From positions 2,255 through 12,021 of the forward strand of contig JBJCIZ010001058.1 of NCBI GenBank assembly GCA_051294375.1: DNA of 9,767 nt. Direction: 5' to 3'. The translations under genes were made by a program, and so were the position numbers. Within the stretch, counting starts at the first letter, position 1. The number at the start of each line of letters is the position of its first letter. The notes beneath the pieces are model-generated. The model saw only the letters and a program-made list of their open reading frames with translations, did not search any database and was not told the DNA's origin. This DNA comes from Paraspadella gotoi. Its lineage: Eukaryota > Animalia > Chaetognatha. Shown here piece by piece: positions 1 to 6,515 of the stretch.

Positions 1-489
1 TTAAATATAGTTATTTTAATTTTTAACCCACTTAATGAAAGAATTTTTATAATTGATTTATATTTTCTTTTATCAACTTTTGACGAGGAATTCAAATCTG
101 CAATCAAAATTAAGAAAAGCCTATTTTGAAATTTTTCGATTTTATAAGGATAGTACTATATATAAATATAGCCTTTGCGAAAATTAAAAAACATAAAATT
201 AATTTTTTTTACAAATTAATGTTCACTGATGGTATGTTGTTCATAATTGACTTTTAGAATTTTCGTATGTAACTTTCACTACGCCTTACTCAATAGGCAT
301 GCTTGGTGAATCAAAAAAGGCATGCTCGGGGAAACAAATTATTCATGATTGGTGAAATGAAATCTGCCAATTTATAAATTCAGCCTTTAAATTTAAAATT
401 TAAATTTAAAATAAATTCTAATCTTCATAATAACATATATTCTGAGCTCACCTTCGTTTAGTGCGTCATGAAGTCCTGAATAAAAAATA

Positions 490-911
490 AAAACAAGTTT
501 GTTCAAACAATGTCGGATTTGCCCACGATATTTAAGCGGTAAATGGCTTAAATAAAAAATGAATAAATAAACAAATAAAAAAAAATAAATAAATACAAAT
601 AAAGTACAAATAATTTTTTTAACTATTATTATTTTTTCCACTTGCATAATTTTTTCCACTTGCATCATTTTTTAAACTTGCATAATTATTTCAACTCGCA
701 TCATTTTTTCAAATTGCATCATTTTTTCAACTTTCATCTTTTTTTCAACTTTCATCATTTTTTTCAACTTGCATAATTTTTTCAACTTGCATAATTTGGC
801 ATCTTTTGTTAAACTCGCATTTCTTTTTTATCATAGCTCTATTTTTTACAACTTACATAATTTTTACAACTGTGGGCAAAATTTGTTCAATTGCAAATTT
901 TTTTCAACTTG
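490..911. mobile_element. Dispersed repeat copy 1 (conserved head plus ~20-bp minisatellite), possibly Helentron/DINE-1(HINE)-like
   Basis: ~503-552 CAAACAATGTCGGATTTGCCCACGATATTTAAGCGGTAAATGGCTTAAAT aligns with ~3031-3076 CAAACAATGTCCGGATCAGCCATGAATTAGCGGTAATAAGCTAAT. Both are followed by related tandem arrays. The family assignment is inference. Confidence 0.5.
609..911. repeat. Minisatellite, ~19-21-bp unit (consensus ~CATAATTTTTTCAACTTG), about 14-15 degenerate copies
   Basis: Seen directly, e.g. CATAATTTTTTCCACTTG, CATCATTTTTTCAACTTT, CATAATTTTTTCAACTTG. The array stops abruptly at the LTR starting at 912. Confidence 0.93.
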
Positions 912-1149
912 TGAAGAGACAGTTAATTTAGTTGTTATATGTTAGTGACAGAACCATTCATTATAGGGCAGGTCCCTGAGCTTCGGATCAGTGCTGACAC
1001 GTGTTAACAGGCGGTAAGCGCCCCATCACCTTCTAACTGCTTAGGCGGCCACGGCTAGAACCCGGACCTTTGGTTGGAGGTGGAATGGATTGCCTTCGGC
1101 ACCAATTAGGCAACGATGAACGTGTTGTTGGATTTTAGTCCACCATACA
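912..1149 (-). repeat. 3' LTR of the TRIM (238 bp, TG...CA)
   Basis: The plus strand starts TGAAGAGACAG and ends CCACCATACA. It is colinear with 1333-1564, 3827-3997 and 5577-5828. Confidence 0.9.
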
Positions 1150-1161
1150 TCCCCCCCTCCC
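1150..1161 (-). other. Polypurine tract of the TRIM
   Basis: Plus TCCCCCCCTCCC = minus GGGAGGGGGGGA, directly abutting the LTR TG. Confidence 0.85.
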
Positions 1162-1320
1162 GAGGGAGAAGTTCTGTTGCGTCTCTCAGTGAATTGTTGT
1201 TGTTGGTGGAAAGTTCGTCACCAAGTTGAGATTGTCGCCTGATGTGTTGTGGCGGGAAAAGTGCATCGCCAGGTTGAGGCATGTGCCTTTGGAAAGTGTT
1301 TGGTGTGTTGTGTTTGGAAA

Positions 1321-1331
1321 TCGGGTCACCA
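1321..1331 (-). other. Primer-binding site, most similar to tRNA-Trp
   Basis: Minus TGGTGACCCGA lies 1 nt from the LTR-terminal CA. The complement of the animal tRNA-Trp 3' end is TGGTGACCCCGAC, so one C is missing from the run. Confidence 0.75.
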
Positions 1332-1332
1332 A

Positions 1333-1564
1333 TGAAGCGACAGTAACTTATTATATGTGTTAATGATAGAACGTTCAATATAAGCAGTCCCTGAGCTTTC
1401 CGGATCAGGCTGTAACACGTGTACAGGCGGGTTAAGCGCCCTCCCCTCTTAAACTGCTAGGCGGCCACGGCTAGAACCTCGGACCTTATGGGTTGGGAGT
1501 GATGATTCGCCTTCGGCACAATGGGCCACTGATTGATCGGTTGTGGGATTTTAGTTCCACATAA
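1333..1564 (-). repeat. 5' LTR of the TRIM (~232 bp)
   Basis: The plus strand starts TGAAGCGACAG and ends ...GGATTTTAGTTCCACATA. The outer end is slightly degenerate. Confidence 0.88.
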
Positions 1565-1815
1565 AATTAATATTGTTTATCTTATATTAGTTACCAAAAA
1601 ATTTCATACGGGTTCGTTAAAAGATTATGTAATGATTAATAATTTGTTGTTTAACGATCTCAAAACAATAGTACGTTCTAATTCTAAAAAAAAAAACCCG
1701 TTTTTTAAAACAGTTAGTCGGAGACGGGACGGACCAAGAAGATCCAAGAAGTCTTAACTTAGCCTTTTTTTCAAGAGGCGCCCCATTTTAATTAATTACA
1801 TTAGTTTGAGATTAA

Positions 1816-2030
1816 AAACTCGATGGTAATATCCTTTCTTGTTTCATTGGTTGAGAGATTATGTGTCGGGCATTGCCATTAGGTTCACCCGCCTAGAATC
1901 ATGTCACTTTCGTTGTGACCCGGTGGTCATTTTGAGTAAAAGCCATCAAGGCTCATGACCACTGGTACGGGTTCGTATCCCAACCCGGTACCTACCCCTG
2001 CAGGAAGCGTAGATGTCGTAGCGCCTTGGG
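1816..2030 (+). pseudogene. Decayed Ty3/Gypsy integrase-like fragment (H2C2 zinc-binding region through first catalytic-Asp motif)
   Basis: The frame from 1846 reads IG*EIMCRAL...NHVTFVVTRWSF*VKAIKAHDHWYGFVSQPGTYPCRK, then after a 1-nt shift VDVVAP (2009-2026). This resembles HxG...V..VV..CxxC..K...G.L.P.P..P....VDVVGP, with TGG and TGA at the two Cys positions. It is homologous to the reverse complement of ~4800-4950. Motif match is by eye. Confidence 0.55.
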
Positions 2031-2154
2031 CATGGGCAAAACCCCAAGCCTGGGATCCGAGCCAGGACCCGTACCATGGCTGTAGGAGAGGGTAATGAGA
2101 AGTTACGGACAGTATCTGTCAGCCCACGTAGCTGACTTATCACGATTAACAAAG

Positions 2155-2700
2155 TTTTGATTTTATTTTTGCAACGATTTTTATTTTGTTAACAAGAGTA
2201 GACAATTGTTTCGGCTCACAATACAAGCCTTCATCGCGCATATGATGTTTGTAAGTTGATACAAAGTTAGTTAAAGGTAAGAAAGAGAGAGAGATGAGAG
2301 AGAAGAAGAGAGAGAGAGAGGGTTAAAGGTTTCCAACCAAAAGAATGAGTAAGGACAGTGATCAGTGGTGAGGACAGATTATTTAAGAAGTGGCTAGTTT
2401 GAATAAGTTGAAAAGAAGTGAAAAATTGGTGAGAGGAGAGAGAGATTAAAAACTTTAAGTTAAAGATTAAAAATTTAAATTAATATGTTATATGAATACG
2501 GTAAGAATAGGCTTGGTTAAGATAAGATAAGAAGATAGAATTAGGGTAGGAGTTAGGGTGTAGTCTTAATGGGTTTAAATGCTGGTTAGATGGTCAGGGT
2601 AGGGGAATTGGTTAGAATTAGTTAAGAATAAAGTTTAAGGATCACGTCTCTGGGTTTAAGAATATATTACAGTTAAATATTAAAGTTTAAATTAAGTAGA
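2155..2700 (-). mobile_element. Penelope-like element terminal fragment, copy A (pyrimidine-rich tract, (CT)n, hammerhead-like motif, AATAAA)
   Basis: The reverse complement of ~2155-2445 is colinear with ~6760-7030: (CT)n, TTTCACTTCTTT, (CT)n, GATGAAGGCTTGT, AATAAAA.TCGTTGCAAA, AAAACTTT. The extension to 2700 rests on continued strand bias and weak similarity only. Confidence 0.62.
2197..2240 (-). ncRNA. Minimal type I hammerhead ribozyme-like motif (degenerate), copy A
   Basis: Minus strand: gcg C-GATGA A GGCTTGT ATT GTGAGCC GAAAC AATT GTC. The core CTGATGA lacks one T. Stem II is 7 bp with G-U pairs, GAAA is intact, stem III/loop is the palindrome ACAATTGT, and the triplet is GTC. Stem I pairing is poor. 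Confidence 0.62.
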
Positions 2701-2743
2701 TATAGAGGAACACAAATTGGGCGCTTTCGAAAAAAAAGAGCCT

Positions 2744-2988
2744 TCACTCTCTTACTGTCATGTCTGCAGAGAATTGCTCTTGCTGATTTCGCAATTCAGC
2801 GTCGTCCCAAGTCCCTTCGTCGGTATCCCTGCGGTGGAAGATCTGGAACGCCAATTCCTTTTGGGACTTTGTCGTTGTTGGGTTCGATGTTGGACGCCAC
2901 TGCGCCACTAGGGGTTGACCAACGAGTCCATCTGACCAGATCCGTCGATCATCTCCAGGTCATGTATTTGCGTGTTTCCGGGGATAGT
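2744..2988 (-). other. Exon-like segment (unidentified, frameshifted)
   Basis: Minus strand has a long T-rich tract plus TTTCAG (2994-2989), then ~240 nt of ~50% GC sequence. The last frame reads KELAFQIFHRRDTDEGTWDDAELRNQQEQFSADMTVRE* (TGA at 2746-2744). An alternative donor GTAAG lies at 2755-2751. No family recognised. Confidence 0.3.
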
Positions 2989-3009
2989 CTGAAATATAAA
3001 TCCAAAAGA

Positions 3010-3600
3010 AAAAACAAAAAAAGTTTGAGGCAAACAATGTCCGGATCAGCCATGAATTAGCGGTAATAAGCTAATCCGATGTCCATTTGAAAGCCAGAGA
3101 AAATTCGATGCATAAATCACGATAATTTTTTCTGACTTTCCAATTTAAGGTCATAACAAATGGTAAAAATAACAAGTCATACAGAATCTTATAAATATAT
3201 AAAAATATTCTATAATATCAATTATTATCAATCATTACCAGTAAGCTGCGCCAATACCACCTTGCATAATTGGTCAAACTGGATTAATTGGTTCAACTGG
3301 CTTAATTAGTCATCTGATAATTTGGTCAACTTTGATTAATTTGGTTTCAACTGTCTACGAATTTGGTTCAACTGACATAAATCTTGGTCACCTGGTATAA
3401 TTTGGTTCACTGGCATAATTTGGTCACGGTCAAAATTCATCGAAATATGATCAGCTTTTCACATACTTTTCTACCCACACACAAATTTTTTCCAATCTAT
3501 TCATCCAATCACGGAAGTACTTGGGGGGTTTAAAAATCGCAAAGCGGAGTGGAGGCAGATGGACGGACAGACGGACGAATCGTTTTTTGCTTAATTTTAT
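3010..3600. mobile_element. Dispersed repeat copy 2, Helentron/DINE-1(HINE)-like architecture
   Basis: The head is homologous to ~490-552, there is a central ~20-bp array, and CAGATGGACGGACAGACGGACG (3556-3577) resembles the (GTCC/GTCT)n microsatellite of DINE-1-like elements. Termini are not defined. Confidence 0.45.
3259..3430. repeat. Minisatellite, ~19-21-bp unit (consensus ~CATAATTTGGTTCAACTGG), about 9 copies
   Basis: Seen directly; related to the 609-911 unit. Confidence 0.88.
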
Positions 3601-3826
3601 CATAATTCGATTGTTCGACATGATTTAAAGAGTGCCCGACAACCTTTTGGGGTGGACGAGGGACCGACAAGTGGATTATGTATAAAATGCAACCAATTAT
3701 GACATGTTATCGAATTTGTATTGATTTATTCAAAAACAAACTTGAATTCTTTGCTTTAACTTCAAACACAAATACTCAATATCATAACTGTTTTACTAAA
3801 CAGTCTGATAATACTTAGATCAAAAC

Positions 3827-3997
3827 TTGAGCTTCGGATCAGGGTTTGTAACCCGTGTTACCAGGCGGGGGGTTAAGCGCCCGTCCCTCTTAACTTGGCT
3901 AGCAACCACCGGGCAAGAACCTTGGACCTTTGGTTGGGGGCGAATGACTTGCCTTTGGCACCATGGCTGCCTGATGAAATGTTGAGTGGATTTTTTA
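3827..3997 (-). repeat. Truncated copy of the TRIM LTR
   Basis: TGAGCTTCGGATCAGG...GTTAAGCGCCCGTCCCTCTTAAC...GGACCTTTGGTTGGGGGCG...TTGCCTTTGGCACCA...TGGATTTT is colinear with ~977-1137. Both termini are missing. Confidence 0.88.
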
Positions 3998-4499
3998 TTT
4001 TTGACAATGATACTTACTGATTTACTTCAGTGAGTTTTCCAGTCATTGGTCTTTAATTTTTAGTTGCGCCGCGGGAGTACTCGAAAGGAAGGTAATACAT
4101 CAGTCTAAAAATCTCCAGAAACTATAAAGAATAAATCACTTGATAAGTAAAAAGAAAAGTAATGCCAGAGCCACCTAGGAATAATCGTTCTGTTTCCCTT
4201 AAATTTTTATCTTGTTTTGCGCAATTTTAAGCCCGACTTGTCCTTAACATTTGTTACATTACCTGAATATCCTCAAGTTACTGGCGGTAGTCCACATTTA
4301 GGCGTCGTCCTATTTAAAGAATTATAAAATTTAAGCACTTTTGCTATTGTAGGGGATACATATTATATTTATGCTTAAAAGATAGATGTAGAAATTGATA
4401 TTGGAGACTTATGGAAACCAGAGAATGGAAACCGCTAAGAAAAGGGAGAGGAGAGAGAGGAATCAGTAGCCGGCCTCCCTTGCGACAACCATATGCACT

Positions 4500-5050
4500 C
4501 CCCCGCCTCTGCGAAAAGTACAAGGACTTTCTTCTTTTGTTATGGAGGGTGACTGTTGGGGATAGGCTGGCAGGGTGACATGGAGGCGCTCTGGCCCGGA
4601 GAAGAAAAAGGCGGACTGGCGCAAACCGCGACACTAATTATCGTGGGGAGCGGAGCTGATTTGAAGACTCTGATGAATGACAGTCAGCTGGGTGGCCGCG
4701 GAAGGTGGGCGGAACCCGCCAAAGAAGTCGTGAGTGGGCCGGCCCCCGGCCTAGTTTGCAGGACTGGCCGGGGGGATGGGCGGGGGGAAAGCGGCAAGAC
4801 ATGGCGAGATCTGCAGATTTTACTTAATGAGGCCACCGGGGCGGGGTCGACGATGAAGGTTGTCCTGTTTTAAGGCGGGTGAACTTATGCAATGCCCCGA
4901 CTACACGGTATCCATCGCTGATGTGAAACTAATGTATATTATGGGCAAGTTTGAACATTCTTAGCAGACCAGTGATGAATAAGGGACTCGGAGAGGCATA
5001 TCGTTGTTCCCACTTTGGGTCTAAAGAATGCCGTCGACAAAGAGAGGGTG
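4500..5050 (-). pseudogene. Decayed Ty3/Gypsy integrase-like fragment (H2C2 plus start of rve core)
   Basis: Pieced-together minus-strand frames occur in the expected order: FVDGIL, ICLSESLIH, KLAHN..*FHIS, LKQD, RWPH*VK, PLSPRPSPRP, AGPLTTSLAGSAHL, SFIRVFKSAPLPTIISVAV, PTVTLHN. There are many frameshifts and no clear catalytic residues. Confidence 0.5.
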
Positions 5051-5254
5051 AACATTTGCCACAAAAAAGTTCAGTCATGTTTTCCATTTTTGATTGTTTC
5101 AGAAGGATCCAGTATTCTCGTCGGCTCGACATTATGTGGGATACAGTCATTAATATGGGCGGAATAAACAGAATACAGATTGTGTCAAGCTAGGGAAATC
5201 AAATATTGAGACTGTTGAAAACCAGAGGAGAATGCGGGGCACACCGGCTAATAA

Positions 5255-5340
5255 AGAGAGAGAGAGATGAGGAGGAGAGAGAGAGAGGTGGAAGAGAGAG
5301 AGAGGGTTGAGAGAGAGATAGGAGCAGAGAGAGATCAGAG
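5255..5340 (+). repeat. Imperfect (GA)n microsatellite inside the LTR
   Basis: Seen directly; the equivalent tract in the other LTR (~4441-4460) is only ~20 bp. Confidence 0.9.
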
Positions 5341-5576
5341 CCTGTCCCTGGCCACCAATAGTGGCACACCATTATCATAGGGATAACATTGGGATGATTT
5401 GCTAAACTATAGTATTGTTTAATTAAACGTCATTTTCACATTATTACATTTCTTCTCAAGAAACTCAACTAAATCCGTTGTAATGTAATTGGCTTAAACT
5501 TTTAAACAACGCACAAAATTTTAATCGATCAATCGGATAAATCAGATTACATTAAATTTCAAACCAAAGTTACTAG

Positions 5577-5828
5577 TGGAAGAGACAGTAATATGTTATA
5601 TGTTGTGACAGAACCCGCTTCATATAAGCAGTCCCTGGGCTTCGGATCAGGCGGGTAATACCGTGTTACAGGCGGATTAGCGCCCGTCCCTCTTTCCAGT
5701 AACTGCTCAGGGCGGCCACCGGTGCTAGAACCACCGGAAACATTTGGGATTAGGGGCGATGACTTGCTTCCAGCACCAATGGCGAAGATGAAGAATGAAC
5801 GGTTGGCTGGATTTTAGTCCAGCCATAC
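5577..5828 (-). mobile_element. Solo LTR of the TRIM family with probable CTAG target-site duplication
   Basis: Full-length colinear copy, TGGAAGAGACAG...GGATTTTAGTCCAGCCATAC. CTAG occurs at 5573-5576 and 5828-5831, and the terminal CA appears lost. No adjacent PBS or PPT. Confidence 0.85.
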
Positions 5829-6317
5829 TAGATATAAATCAATGAATCCTACAACTCAATCAAATGTTGTTTTACGAAGAAACAACAGTTATCGATTATT
5901 TAATTAGTTCATAGTATTAAATTTTATAAACATACCAACAACAGGCCGGATCATTCCTTTCTAGAAATTGTTCATCACTTTGACTTTTCGATTCCGCTCC
6001 AATCCATGTGCCACCTGAAAAATGCTCTCGATTTATAAATTGGGTTGATATTAATAATATTTCCCCAACCTGACATATATAGAGTTACATGAATCCTGTA
6101 CTAAAAAACAAAGTCGATATATATTTGATATTTAATATTGTGAATATTAGAGCTGATCGGAAGTCCTGAGATGACGATCCTAAACTAATAACAGAATGGG
6201 TTCCGCGCTTGGAACTAGGTTCCAAGGAGTGCCAAAGCACCTGGCGGTCCCCATAGGGTGTGCCACAATAGCAAAAACATACAAGGATCTTCAATTACAT
6301 TTAGGATAATAGTTATA

Positions 6318-6467
6318 AGGGCTAAATGATGTTAGGAACAATCGCCAGTGGCAAAGATGTTGATCACTGGCCGTGCTACCCTTCTGTGTAGGGGCTTAAA
6401 AAATGGATGTTAGAAACAATCGCCATTCCAAAGATGTTGATCACTGGCCGTGCTACCCTCTCCTTGA
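6318..6467. repeat. Tandem duplication of a ~75-bp unit
   Basis: GATGTTAG.AACAATCGCCA...CAAAGATGTTGATCACTGGCCGTGCTACCCT is present twice (~6328-6382 and ~6406-6459). Confidence 0.92.
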
Positions 6468-6471
6468 AGGA

Positions 6472-6515
6472 CTTTTGGCACACCTTTTTACTCATATTCT
6501 ATTGTGTGCCAAAAG
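6472..6515. repeat. Perfect 12-bp inverted repeat with 20-nt spacer
   Basis: CTTTTGGCACAC (6472-6483) / GTGTGCCAAAAG (6504-6515). Confidence 0.85.

Larger units (their letters stand above)
912..1564 (-). mobile_element. TRIM-type non-autonomous LTR retrotransposon (~650 bp): LTR-PBS-183 bp non-coding internal region-PPT-LTR
   Basis: Direct repeats at 912-1149 and 1333-~1564. On the minus strand the 5' LTR ends ...GCTTCA and is followed after 1 nt by TGGTGACCCGA (PBS). GGGAGGGGGGGA (PPT) directly precedes the 3' LTR start TGTATGG. No recognisable coding capacity; no clear TSD. Confidence 0.88.
4348..5368 (-). mobile_element. Second non-autonomous LTR retrotransposon (~1.0 kb), with (GA)n-containing LTRs and ~635-bp internal region
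   Basis: Direct repeats at 4348-~4499 and 5135-5368 share TGT.GGGATACA, GAAAT..ATATTG.AGACT, AAACCAGAG, (GA)n, ATCAG.AGCC..TCCCT and GCAC. A PPT-like AGAGGCGGGGG (minus, 4510-4500) abuts the left LTR, and a degenerate PBS-like TGTCGAGCC (minus, 5131-5123) lies next to the right LTR. Flanks are CTAT / CCAT (3 of 4 match). Confidence 0.72.

Noticed and set aside
393-668. 91-aa ORF with MQVEKI repeats and a hydrophobic stretch
   Set aside because: It is a translation of the minisatellite and an A/T-rich tract.
609-911. CRISPR-like periodicity (also 3259-3430)
   Set aside because: Units are head-to-tail without unique spacers, there are no cas genes, and the context is eukaryotic.
1030-1082. 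Twister ribozyme in the LTR (TAAC...CGGCTAGAACCCGG...GGAGG)
   Set aside because: The loop lacks the GGUNCNAAGCCC-type consensus and the pseudoknots cannot be formed.
1106-1378. 90-aa ORF across the TRIM
   Set aside because: It crosses LTR, PBS and PPT with no gag or pol motif.
1378-1410. Plus-strand TATAAG ~27 nt before TCAG in the TRIM LTR
   Set aside because: It is opposite to the PBS/PPT orientation and too short to distinguish from chance.
1761-1789. PBS-like GGCGCCC after TTCA, and similarity to the reverse complement of 2714-2742
   Set aside because: It lacks the TGG start, no matching 5' LTR was found, and the short match depends on a poly-T run.
1990-2140. HDV-like ribozyme (CCCACGT and TTCCTGC L3-like words)
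   Set aside because: A consistent P1/P1.1/P2/P3 nested pseudoknot could not be built on either strand.
3971-3997. CTGATGA in the TRIM LTR as a hammerhead core
   Set aside because: No stem II plus GAAA follows, it is not conserved across copies, and it is antisense to the PBS/PPT orientation.
4556-4873. 105-aa plus-strand ORF (also 4951-5193)
   Set aside because: Antisense shadow of the GC-rich integrase-like remnant; no recognisable domain.
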